DNA of 64,000 nt from Octopus sinensis (Eukaryota): NCBI RefSeq assembly GCF_006345805.1, contig NC_043025.1, positions 6,634,001 through 6,698,000 on the forward strand. The letters run 5' to 3'. Shown here one piece after another: positions 39,990 through 51,978 of this stretch (positions are counted from its first letter, which is position 1; each line of letters begins with the position of its first letter). The notes under the pieces were generated by a model. It ran no database searches. It was not told the DNA's origin and saw nothing but the letters and a program-made list of their open reading frames with translations. Both the position numbers and the translations under genes were made by a program.

Positions 39990-40630
39990 GCTGACACTGG
40001 AGCTCCTGTAATGACCTTGCCCTAATAGCTGAGTCACTAGCAAAACTAGAGGAGAAGTTTCAGGTGTGGAAGAAGAAAGGTCTAGAATTGAAGGGCCTTA
40101 GAGTTAACCTAGCAAAAACCAAAATTTAAGTAGGAAGGCAGACAAATCACAAATCCCTTCAGGTAGAGGGCCCTGCTCAATCTGTAGACAAAGCATAGAT
40201 AGAAACTCCATAAGATGCATCCAGTGCAAGATATGAACACATAAAAGGTGCAGCAATATGAAAGGAAGGTTAACTGGGAAGATGGTTTTTTGTGTGTGGC
40301 AAATGCACTGGTGCAACAAACACCGAAGGTGTATAGAAAGCAGGTTCTATCACATGCCAGGGGGAAAAACTAGAAGTAGTTGATAGCTTCCATTACCTAG
40401 GTGACCAAGTCAGTTGCAGGGGTGGATGCTCTGAGAGTGTAGCTGCTAGAATAGGAATAGCCTGGGCAAAGTTCAGAGAACTCCTACCTCTTGCTCAGAG
40501 TGAAAGGTAGATTGTATGATGCCAGCGTGCAAACAACCACGCTACACAGCAGCGAAACATGGGCTGTGACTGCCGAGGACATGCATAGGCTTGAAAGAAA
40601 TGAAGCTAGCATGATCCACTGGATGTGTAA
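39990..40630 (+). mobile_element. Decayed RTE ORF2 fragment
   Basis: Homologous to the RT/C-terminal region at about 8620-9400, with many stops and frameshifts. Confidence 0.8.
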
Positions 40631-40642
40631 TGTCACAACCAA

Positions 40643-40867
40643 TTTCTTTATTACCCACAAGGGGCTAAACATAGAGGGGACAAACAAGGATAGACATAGG
40701 TATTAAGTTGATTACATCGACCCAATGCGTAACTGGTACTTAATTTATCGACCCTGAAAGGATGAAAGGCAAAGTCGACCTCGGCGGAATTTGAACTCAC
40801 AATGTAAAGACAGACGAAATACCGCTAAGTATTTAGCCCGGCGTGCTAACGTGTCTGCCAGCTCGCC
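40643..40867 (-). mobile_element. SINE family C monomer
   Basis: Head GGCGAGCTGGCAG..., B-box GAGTTCAAATTCC, tail GGGTAATAAAGAAA. Confidence 0.82.
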
Positions 40868-41440
40868 ACCTTGTAATGTCACAACCTGGGACCTTGAAGA
40901 CTGCTTAAATGCAAGAAAGTATACTAGTCCCTTAATATTTTATATTCAATATTTCATCTATTCAATAAGACAATCAATACTTCAGTTCATTTTACTGGCC
41001 GTTTGCCAGACTCCCCTGGCACCTGTGCCGGTGGCACGTAAAAAGCACCCACTACACTCACGGAGTGGTTGGCGTTAGGAAGGGCATCCAGCCGTAGAAA
41101 CATTGTCAGGTCAGACTGGGCCTGGTGCAGCCTTCTGGCTTCCCAGACCCCAGTTGAACCGTCCAACTCCACAGACATGTGTACCTTTAACGTAGTTCTC
41201 AGGGAGATTCAGCGTGATGCAGAGTGTGACAAGGCTGGCCCCTTGAAATACAGGTACAACAGAAACAGGAAGAAATAGTGAGAGAAAGTTGTGGTGAAAG
41301 AGTGCACCAGGGTTTGCCACCAGCCTCTGCTGGAGCCTCGTGGAGCTTTTAGATGTTTTCACTCAATAAACACTCACAACGCCCGGTTTGGAAATTGAAA
41401 CTGTGATCCCACGACCATAAGCACTGGACCACTGCGCCTC

Positions 41441-41506
<66 letters not shown>

Positions 41507-41510
41507 ATAT

Positions 41511-41541
<31 letters not shown>

Positions 41542-41589
41542 ATTTATATATATATATATTTATATATATATATATTTATTTATATATAT

Positions 41590-42990
41590 CATCATCATCA
41601 TCATCATCATCATTTAGCGTCCGTTTTCCATGCTAGCATGGGTTGGACGGTTCTACTGGGGTCTGTGAAGCCAGAAGGCTTCATCAGGCCCAGTCAAATC
41701 TGGCAGTGTTTCTACGGCTGGATGCCCTTCCTAACGCCAACCACTCCGTGAGTGTAGTGGGTGCTTTTTACGTGCCACCCGCACTGGTGCCAGACAGAGC
41801 TGGCAAACGGCCACGAATGGATGGTGCTTTTTATGTGCCACCGGCACGAGGGCCAGGCGAGGCTGGCAACGGACACGAAACGGGGCAGTGCTGGCAACGG
41901 TCGCGAAACGGAAAGTTCTCTTACATGCCACCGGCACTGGTAACACATCTGCAATTTCCATTGATCGATTTCCATTGATCGATTTCGATTCTGATCCTCA
42001 CTTGCCTCAATGGGTCTTCACAAGCAGAGTTTCGACATGCCACCGGCACTGGTAGCACATCCGCAATTTCCATTGATCGATTTCGATTCTGATCCTCACT
42101 TGCCTCAACACGTCTTCACAAGTAGAGTTTTGTGTCCCAAGAAGGGAAGGTATGCATACGTAGGCTGGCTCCATCCCATGTAGAAGGCCACGGGTTGTGG
42201 ACTCACTTGTCCTGCCGGGTCTTCTCGCGCACAGCACACTTCCAGGTCTCGGTCTCTAGTCATTTCCTCAGTGAGACCTAAAGTTCGAAGGTCGTGCTTC
42301 ACCACCTCGTCCCAGGTTTTCCTGGGTCTGCCTCTTCCACAGGTTCCCTCAACCGCTAGGGTGTGGCACTTTTTCACTCAACTATCTTCATCCATTCTCG
42401 CAACATGACCATACCAGCGCAAACGTCTCTCTTGCACACCACAACTGATGCTTCTTAGGTCCAGCTTTTCTCTCAAGGTACTTACACTCTGCCGAGTGTG
42501 AGTACCGGCATTACACATCCATCGGAGCATACTGGCTTCATTTCTAGCGAGCTTACGCATATCCTCAGCAGTCACGGCCCATGTTTCACTGCCATGTAGC
42601 ATGGCTGTTCGTACACACGCATCATACAGTTTGCCTTTCACTCTGTGCGAGAGGCCTTTTGTCACCAGCAGAGGTAAGAGCTCTCTGAACTTTGCCCAAG
42701 CTATTCTTACTCTAGCAGTTACACTTTCAGCACACCCGCCCCCGCTGCTGACTTGGTCACCTAGGTAACGGAAACTATCAACTATTTCTAGTTTTTCTCC
42801 CTGGAAAGTGACGGAAGTTGGTCTCAGAGCATTTTCAGTGTTTATTGTTCCTGAGCATCTGCCACAAACAAAAACCATCTTCCTAGTTAGCCTTCCTTTG
42901 ACATTGCTGCATCTCTTATGTGTCCATAGCTTACACTTGGTGCATCTTATAGAGTTTCTACCTACACCTTTTCTACAGATCGAGCATATA
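41590..42990 (-). mobile_element. 5'-truncated RTE copy: ORF2 C-terminus, full 3' UTR and (GAT)n tail
   Basis: ORFs 42878-42378 and 42377-42105 match the element at 8.4-11.3 kb; the UTR contains GGAAGGGCATCCAG; tail (GAT)n. Confidence 0.9.
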
Positions 42991-42992
42991 TG

Positions 42993-43024
<32 letters not shown>

Positions 43025-43423
43025 GGGTAAAATTAATTAAGAAGTAATCGATAATTTCACCAAGTAGAATTCGGCATGAAAAAGGACCACTTCACGGTAA
43101 ACTTAAGTAATACTTTATAATTAGGGTTCAGCAAAGATTTGCTTTAGCACATACCGAAGTTTAGAAATAGCAGCCAAAAAACCTTAGTTATTTCTTCTAC
43201 TTTAGAAAGGGACTCCTAGAGAAACAAATATACTTGAAAACAATCCAGGCAGGCAGAGAGGAAAAATAACGAAAATCAATCAATATCTGGTCATCCATGG
43301 ATGCGCGTTTCGGAATTAGATCGGTATAAAGAATATAGAATTATACTTTACCCAGTCCTCAAGCACTTCTATAGGGTCCCATCTGAAGCAACAATCATTA
43401 GACTTTGCTTGGAAGCACTCCAT

Positions 43424-43789
43424 CGGTTACGACGACAAGAGTTCCGGTTGATCCGATCAACGGAACAGCCTGCTCGTGAAATTAACGTGTAAGTGGCTGA
43501 GCACTCCACAGACACGTGTACCCTTAACGTAGTTCTCGGGGATATTCAGCGTGACACAGAGAGTGACAAGGCTGGCCCTTTGAAATACAGGTACAACAGA
43601 AACAGGAAGTAAGAGTGAGAGAAAGTTGTGGTGAAAGAGTACAGCAGGGATCACCACCATCCCCTGCCGGAGCCTTGTGGAGCTTTTAGGTGTTTTCGCT
43701 CAATAAACACTCACAACGCCCGGTCTGGGAATCGAAACCGCGATCCTATGACCGCGAGTCCGCTGCCCTAACCACTGGGCCATTGCGCC
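43424..43789 (-). mobile_element. SINE-B variant with an alternative 3' tail
   Basis: Same head and central CCACAACTTTCTCTCACTCTT domain as the 36.3-kb array; different tail. Confidence 0.8.
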
Positions 43790-43947
43790 TCTACTTTCAG
43801 ACTTTGCAGCTTGGTAGTGACTAGACACACATTCATTACATGTATATATTTACTTATAACTTCACATTACGTTTACGTGTGATAACTGTGTGAAAATAAC
43901 ATTACAAACATCAGAGAAACAACAGAATAATAAACGCAGATTCTTAC

Positions 43948-44025
43948 TTAATCTTCACAGCATGCAGGAAAGAGTCTAAACTGCTGATTTCTTCAGAGGA
44001 ATTCGGTAAAGTTGATGTAGCAAAA
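43948..44025 (-). CDS. Internal coding exon (78 nt, phase 2-2) of the host gene
   Basis: Acceptor TCTTTTTGTTGTAG, donor GTAAGA; xFATSTLPNSSEEISSLDSFLHAVKI(K); phase matches the 39520 exon. Confidence 0.7.
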
Positions 44026-44103
44026 CTACAACAAAAAGAATATACAGAATTATATAAGCATGTATGCATGCATATCTGTATGTATATCAGTATGTATATA
44101 GAG

Positions 44104-44246
44104 AATACCAAACTCATTCCTATGGATACCGTATTTATTACAACGAGTGGCTTGTAAACGTATCTAACGAGCGAAAGCGAGTTAGATACGTTTACAAGCC
44201 ACTCGTTGTAATAAATACGGTATCCATAGGGAATGAGTTTGGTATT
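44104..44246. other. Near-perfect 65-bp inverted repeat with a 12-nt loop
   Basis: Arms 44104-44168 and 44181-44246 differ by one indel. Confidence 0.92.
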
Positions 44247-44299
44247 TTATTTATTACACACGAATAAACGACCATATTTTATTAACCCCAAAACTAAAT

Positions 44300-44750
44300 T
44301 CTTCACGTTTAGTTGTAACTTATGAATGACAAAAGTAGTGCTGTCACCATGACCTCAAGTCATCACCATGGATTGACCAATCAGAAGCAGCGATGAGTCT
44401 ACAATTTAAAAAATAATTTAACATCATTTTTTTCCATTTTAACGCATATTTTTTCGTGTGTCGATGGCGGCAGAGTTGGAGTCCATGGTCACACCTGCAC
44501 CTGTGTTGCTTCTCCCCCTTCTTCCCTCCCTCGTGAAGCTGTGGGGAAGGGAGTGTAAGGAAATCAACGTCGTAAAGCATTGTCAAGGAGACCAGCGTTC
44601 TTTTAGAACAACGACTTCATGGCTTGAAGACACCAAAATTACCATCATTTTTTATTCCATTTTTAATGCATTTTTTTGCTATAACTCACTAAAAATGCTT
44701 ATATAGTTATTTCCCTTACAAACCTGAGCAACGCCGGGCGATACTGCTAG
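44300..44750 (+). mobile_element. Possible non-autonomous Helitron
   Basis: Ends GCAACGCCGGGCGATACTGCTAG|T (CTAG terminus before T); the 5' boundary is uncertain. Confidence 0.4.
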
Positions 44751-45099
44751 TTTCATATAAAGCCCTTCTCCGTCAACCTACCTGAGATACCTGAATGCTA
44801 AATTCCTCCCGAAACTCACACTAATTCTCACCTTTGTACATTGCTTGCATGCCTGTTACAAATCATTCCTCTACCGCCATTTCCTTACCTGGACTCATAG
44901 GCTTGCTCAACGAGGCTAACCCAGGGTTAAATAAACAACGACAACTAACCTGATAGCTGAATTCATCACATCCGATATATATTCCTTTTGTTTGGCATTG
45001 AGAGGAACCCATTTTTTTCTTTTCACTTTATTCAGGGTCGTTGTGAAGACTTCAGGTCCTGAGGGGAAACAAAAAATCAAAATGATAAAATACTTAACA

Positions 45100-45271
45100 G
45101 AAAGCAGGAGTGGCTGTGTGGTAAGTAGCTTGCTAACCAACCACATGGTTCCGGGTTCAGTCCCACTGCGTGGCATCTTGGGCAAGTGTCTGCTGTTATA
45201 GCCCCAGGCCGACCAAAGCCTTGTGAGTGGATTTGGTAGACGGAAACTGAAAGAAACCTGTCGTATATATG

Positions 45272-45302
<31 letters not shown>

Positions 45303-45510
45303 GTTTGTGTGTCTGTGTTTATCCCCCTAGCATCGCTTGACAACCGATGCTGGTGTGTTTATGTCTCCGTTACTTAACGGTTCGGCAAAAGAGATCAATA
45401 GAATAAGTACTGGGCTTACAAAGAATAAGTCCCGGGGTCGATTTGCTCGACTAAAGGCGGTGCTCCAGCATGGCCGCAGTCAAATGACTGAAACAAGTAA
45501 AAGAATAAAA
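45100..45510 (+). mobile_element. SINE family A
   Basis: Family match. Confidence 0.83.
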
Positions 45511-45649
45511 GAAGTTGTAATCTATTTACTACAAGGTGGTGCTTCATCTAGCTGCAGGAGAAGCTGTGGAAAAATAAGGAAGGTTTCTATATGGGTTAAA
45601 CATATGGTATACATCATCTCGAAAGAGTCCAGAAGCTGGCTACCCGCAT

Positions 45650-46072
45650 GGTTCTTTGTCTTATGAAGAAAAGCTGAAGACGCTCGACCTTTATTCCCTA
45701 GAAAAACGACGACGCCGTGGTGATCTCATTCTTGCTCACAACATCATAAGCGGAAAGTGTAACCTCTCGAAAGAGCTGTTCTTCACTCCTGCACCAGAGC
45801 ATCGGCTGCAGGGTCACCCCGAAAAGCTCTATCTGCGATGATTTCATCTCAATCGAAGGAGAGGGGCTTTCTCCGTCCGGGTTGCGGATCCGTGGAATAA
45901 GCTGCCAGACGAGATAGTGAAGATGCCGACAACCGCTCGGTTCAAAGTCTCTCTTGACCAGAAATGGCCCGAACTCTTTGCGTGAACACCCTCCATGTAC
46001 ATAACTCCATGTCCCCCTACATGGCCTTGCTTTTGGCTTTTTGAGCCAAAAAATTAACTTAACTTAACTTTA
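45650..46072 (+). mobile_element. 3' end of a CR1-type LINE
   Basis: LSYEEKLKTLDLYSLEKRRRRGDLI...FSVRVADPWNKLP...FKVSLD with one stop; (AACTT)n tail. Confidence 0.85.
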
Positions 46073-47374
46073 CTAGGTTATGGTGCCTTCTTCCTTGCTG
46101 TGTGGAGCCAAATATAAGAGAGGAATCCTATATCGTGTGCAAGAGAGAAGGTTGTACTGGTAGGGATACATGATGCAGATGGAAGATAGCTGTAAATACA
46201 AATTGCCAAGCCCTCCAAGTTAAGAGAATCCATGGAAGATCTCATAGCAGCAATGACAACAGACAATAATAACTGGTGATATGCAGTGCTACAGAAAACC
46301 TGACCACCCATGGCAAAGAACCCACCTTAATGCAAAGTAGCATTAAAGAAGTTGTAATATCATCATCATCATTATCATCGTTTAATGTCCGCTTTCCATG
46401 CTAGCATGGGTTGGCCAATTTGACTGAGGTCTGGCGAACCAGATGGATGCACCAGACTCCAATCTGATCTGGCAGTGTTTCTACAGCTGGATGCCCTTCC
46501 TAACGCCAAACACTCTGAGAGTGCAGTGGGTGATTTTATGTGCCACTGGCACGAGGGCCAGCCAGGCGGTACTGGCAGCGGCCACGCTCAAATGGTCCAT
46601 TTTATGTGCCACTGGCACAGGGGCCAGTCTTGCAGCAATGACAATGACTTCGCTCAAATGATTTTTAGGCTGATGGGTTTTAGAGGATGGGGTTGGCGAA
46701 ATATATCAACCCTAGCACTAGATTAGTATAAATCCATAAAAATGTTTTAGCCTGAAGGCCGTGGCCATGCTGGGGCACCACCGCTGAGTACTTTATTTTA
46801 TCAACCCTAGAAGGATTGAGGGCAAAGTTGATCTTAGTAGGATTTGAGTTGAGAATGTAAAGAACCAAAATTATATATATATATATATTACAAGATAGTG
46901 TTTCATTTGGGAAGCTATAGGAGAGGCTGCAGAAAAATAGTGGTTTACATGTAAGGTATGCCAGGCCATAGTGCTTTCATCCCTGCTGTATGGAGCAGAA
47001 ACTGGGGCAGTCTATAAATCTCTTAAGCAGACAAGTTACACGCGTGTATGAGGAGACATCATCATCATCATCATCATCGTTTAACGTCCGCTTTCCATGT
47101 TAGCATGGGTTGGACGGTTCAACTGGGGTCTGGGGAGCCCGAAGGCTGCACCAGGCCAGTCAGATCTGGCAGCGTTTCTACAGCTGGATGCCCTTCCTCC
47201 GAGAGTGTAGTGGGTGATTTTATGTGCCACCGACACAGGTGCCAGACGAGGCTGGCGAACGGCTACGCTCGGATGGTGTTTTTTATGTGCCACCGACACA
47301 GGTGCCTGAAATTGCTAATATTTGTTCGGGAAGGTCAACAATGAAGAGAACCCGCAGCATGTTGGCCCACCTCA

Positions 47375-48370
47375 TCATCATCATCGGTTAACGTCCGTTC
47401 TCCATGCTAGCATGGGTTGGACGGTTCGACCGGGGATCTGGGAAGCCAGAAGGCTGCACCAGGCTCCGGTCTTATCTGGCAGTGTTTCTACAGCTGGATG
47501 CCCTTCCTAACGCCAACCACTCCGTGAGTGTAGTGGGTGCTTTTTACGTGCCACCTGCACAGGTACCAGACGAGGCTGGCAAACGGCATGATCGGATGGT
47601 GCTTTTTACGTGCCACCTGCACAGGTGCCAGACGAGGCTGGCAAACGGCCACGATCAGATGGTGCTTTTTACGTGCCACCTGCACAGTGCCAGACGAGGC
47701 TGGCAACGGCCACGATCGGATTGGTGCTTTTTACGTGCCACCAGCACAGGTGCCAGACGAGCTGGCAAACGGCCATGATCGGATGGTGCTTTTTACGTGC
47801 CACCTGCACAGGTGCCAGACGAGGCTGGCAAACGGCCACGATCAGATGGTGCTTTTTACGTGCCACCTGCACAGGTGCCAGACGAGGCTGGCAACGGCCA
47901 CGATCGGATTGGTGCTTTTTACGTGCCACCAGCACAGGTGCCAGACGAGGCTGGCAAACGGCCATGATCGGATGGTGCTTTTTACGTGCCACCTGCACAG
48001 GTGCCAGACGAGGCTGGCAAACGGCCACGATCAGATGGTGCTTTTTACGTGCCACCTGCACAGGTGCCAGACGAGGCTGGCAACGGCCACGATCGGATTG
48101 GTGCTTTTTACGTGCCACCAGCACGGAGGCAATTAGGGGTGGCGCTGGCAACGGCCATGTTCGGATGGTGCTTTTTATGTGCCACTGGCACGGGGGCCAG
48201 ACGAGGCTGGCAACGGCCACGATCGGATTGGTGCTTTTTACGTTCCACCAGCACGGAGGCCAGTAGGGGTGGCGCTGGCAACAGCCACGTTCAGATGGCT
48301 CTTTTACATGCCACCGGCACTGGTATCACAGCTACAATTTCCATTGATGTTGATCGATTTTGATTTTGAT
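47375..48370 (-). mobile_element. RTE 3' UTR copy with an expanded 63-bp minisatellite
   Basis: Begins at a (CAT)n tail on the plus strand; 12 full units plus one partial from 47541 to about 48330. Confidence 0.9.
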
Positions 48371-48764
48371 TTTAATAATAATAATAATAATAATAATAAA
48401 TGAGTGGAAATTGAACTGGTGGGTATGTTAATTAATAAGGTATTTGAGGTGGCGAGTTGGCAGAATTGTTGGCATGATGGATGAATTGCTTAGCAGCGTT
48501 TCGTCCATCGGTATATTCGGAGTTCAAATTCTGCTGGGGTCAACTTTGCCTTTCATCCTTTCAGGCTTGACAAATTAAGTACCAGTGAGATACAGGGGGG
48601 GGGGTCGATGCAATCAACTTAATCCCCTCCTGCAAAATTTCGGGCGTTGTGCTTTTAGTAGAAAGGTTAATTAATAAGGCATTAAAACAGAATAATTCTC
48701 CTCAGACACAACAATATAATCCTTTCTGCTAAAAGAACAAGGCCTGAAATTTCGAGGGGAGGAG

Positions 48765-49270
48765 ACTAATCGATTACATCGACCCCAGTGCGTAACTGGT
48801 ACTTATCGGCCCCAAAAGGTAAAGTGGACCTCGGCGGAATTTGAACTCAGAACGGAAAGACAGTCGAAATACCTATTTCTTTACTACCCACAAAGGGCTA
48901 AACACAGAGGGGACAAACAAGGACAGACAAACGGATTAAGTCGATTATATCGACCCCAGTGCCTAACTGGTACTTAATTTATTGACCCCGAAAGGATGAA
49001 AGGCAAAGTCGACATCGGTGGAATTTGAACTCAGAACGTAGTGGCAGACGAAATAACCTATTTCTTTACTACCCACAAGGGGCTAAACATAGAGGGGACA
49101 AACAAGGACAGACAAACGGATTAAGTCGATTACATCGACACCAGTGCGTAACTGGTACTTAATTTATCGACCCCGAAAGGATGAAAGGCAAAGTCGACCT
49201 CGGCGGAATTTGAACTCATAACGTAACGGCAGACGAAAATACCGCTAAGCATTTCGTCCGACGTGCTGAC
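48765..49270 (-). mobile_element. SINE family C trimer (last unit partial)
   Basis: Junctions at about 48870 and 49055 match the 35.4-kb junction. Confidence 0.8.
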
Positions 49271-50884
49271 TAGCCCCTCCCCCAAATTTCAGGCCTTATT
49301 TGAAGTAGAATGATTAAAAAAAAAAAAAAAGTACAATTTCATAATGCAATTTGAGGGAGATTTGACTGCTATTTCTAGTGGGTAGGGAGGTCACCTAAAG
49401 TCTCTACCTTCTGGTGGTCTTTAACGATGATCATAGAGGAAGGGAGATAACTGAGATTTGCTAAAGATGACTTAAGATGAACAGAAATTAAGAAAATATT
49501 TCCAATAAGCCTAGACGTGGCACCTTCGGCAAGTGTCTTCTACTACAGGCGCAGAAACTGAAAGAAACCGGTCGTATATATCTATATATGTGTATGTGCT
49601 GCCCGCCATCACTTGACAACCGGTGCTGGTGTGTTTACGTCCCCGTAACTTAACGGGGGGGGGTCTCTTACGAAATATTTACCCCCCCAAAAAACATGAA
49701 AGTTATTTCTTTCATTCTGTGTGTGCACGCATGCATACACACACACACAACTACACACACATACAATACGTGGCTGTGTGGTAAGAAGCTTGCTTATCAA
49801 CCACATGGTTCCGGGTTCAGTCCCACTGCGTGGCATCCTGGGCAAGTGTCTTCTACTATAGCCCCGGGCCGACCCAAAGCCTTGGCGACTGAAGAAGGGG
49901 TATTTTCCTTGTTTTGTATGTCCTGTACTCTATTTTTTGTTGTTTAAGAAAAATGTCCATTTCCTTGGTTTTGTGTTTATGTTTTCGTTTCTCATTGTGT
50001 TCGACGTTCTTTTGGTGTCCTGTACCCATATATGCATGTATATATACATGTAGAGGTAGGTACGTACATATATGTATGTATATATGCATATGTTTTATTT
50101 ATTAATTTATATATATATATATATATGTACATGGCATAAGAGTGGCTGTGTGGTAAGTAGCTTGCTAACCAACCACATGGTTCCGGGTTAAGTCCCACTG
50201 CGTGGCACCTTGAGCAAGTGTCTTCTGCTATAGCCTCGGGCCGACCAATGCCTTGTGAGTGGATTTGGTAGACGGAAACTGAAAGAAGCCCGTCGTATAT
50301 ATGTATGTGTGTGTGTGTGTGTATATATGTTTGTGTGTCTGTGCTTGTCCCCCACCCCAACATCGCTTGACAACCGATGCTAGTGTGTTTACGTCCCCGT
50401 AAAAAAAAAAAAAGAGAACGATAGAATAAGTACTAGGCTTACAAAGAATAAATCTTGAGGTCGATTTTCAGCATGACTGAAACAAGTAAAAGAGTAGTGT
50501 GTGTGTCCTCCACACCATATCTTACAAACCATAGAATTTTCTCAATAAAGCTAAGAGAAAAAGATGTTTTATAAACACATTCTACCAGTATAGCATTACA
50601 CAAATTTTGTTTTGTTTTTTTTTTTGACCGGGTTTAACGCTTTAGTTTAACCGTTTAAAAATTATTTTAAAAAACTGCCGGTCAAACCGAAAAGATCCCG
50701 AGTTATATCGAAGGAATGCCCAACTTTTTTTCCCCATTTTCATAAAGTTTCTTCCCATCATTTAGAAATTCGTGGTGAATGAAAAAAATTTGACCCCGTC
50801 CTGTGAAAACGGAGAAAATTCAACTTATGTTGGCGACCGATTCCAGATTTTCAGAATCCCATAATTACCAAGAGGCATCTGTTT

Positions 50885-51092
50885 GACTTTTTTACTTGTT
50901 TCAGTCATTTTGACTGCGGCCATGCTGGAGCATCGCCTTTTTTAGTCGAGCAAATCGACCCCGGGACTTATTCTTTTGTAAGCCCAGTACTTATTCTCTC
51001 GGTCTCCTTTTGCCGAACCGCTAAGTAACGGGGACGTAAACACACCAGCATCGGTTGTCAAGCAATGCTAAGGGGACAAACACAGACACACA

Positions 51093-51131
<39 letters not shown>

Positions 51132-51465
51132 TATATATACCACGGGCTTCTTTCAGTTTCCGTCTACCAAATCCACTCACAAGGCATTGGTCGGCCCGAG
51201 GCTATAGCAGAAGACATTTGCCCAAGATGCCACGCAGTGGGACTGAACCCGGAACCATATGGTTGGTAAACAAGCTACTTACCACACAGCTACATATACA
51301 TATATACAACGGGCTTCTTTCAGTTTCCGTCTACCAAATCCACTCACAAGGCTTTGGTCGACCCGAAGCTATAGTAGAAGACACTTGCCCAAGATGCCAC
51401 GCAGTGGGACTGAACCCGGAATCATTTGGTTGGTAAACAAGCTACTTACCACACAGCCACTCCTG
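50885..51465 (-). mobile_element. SINE family A with a duplicated head
   Basis: Two tandem head/CORE segments followed by one tail. Confidence 0.8.
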
Positions 51466-51500
51466 CACCTACAAAAACAACAAACAACAAAAAGAACTAC

Positions 51501-51790
51501 CAAGAATTATACAAACCACTTCCTGACTGTACTGAATTATTTCTTGCTGGTCTCTTGACGGCTTTTTTCGACGTTTTCTTCGTCTCTTTGGTAGAATTGT
51601 TTTGGTTCTCATTCCGGGGTCGCATGTTGCAATTATAAGAGATAGGGGTCAGGGGAACATCGCTGACCGCAGCCAGCTTCTGGCGGATTCTCGTATTGAA
51701 TTTCTGCCTTTTATGAGGAACGACGCGGATCGGCCTTTTAATTAGCTTCGGCTGCTGCTTGTAATTATTCATTTCGACAACGACATTCAT
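51501..51790 (-). CDS. Candidate first coding exon of the host gene (basic, low-complexity N-terminus)
   Basis: ATG-initiated, non-repetitive and CpG-rich. The donor TG|GTAGTT is weak, but its phase 2 matches the 44025 exon. Confidence 0.48.
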
Positions 51791-51978
51791 AATCCAGCGG
51801 TTGCAAGTTCAAATCTCGGCGGCAGCGGAAGCTATTGTCTTTTTTTACTGACGCTTGTCTGCAGACCACAAAATCCTTTCCCACCAGAAACACGACTAAA
51901 GGCCTTCAGCTGAAAAGTAGAAAAATTTTTAGTTTTGTTCTGTTGTGTTCCTGGAGAGAGTCATTTTCTTTTCGTGCC

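Noticed and set aside
47537-48266. Long repetitive ORFs and a CRISPR-like appearance of the 63-bp array
   Set aside because: A unit length divisible by 3 keeps frames open. There are no unique spacers and no cas genes, the context is eukaryotic, and the unit derives from the RTE 3' UTR.
49395-49465. Possible extra minus-strand exon (NLSYLPSSMIIVKDHQK)
   Set aside because: No donor in a phase compatible with the downstream phase-2 exon, and splice signals are weak
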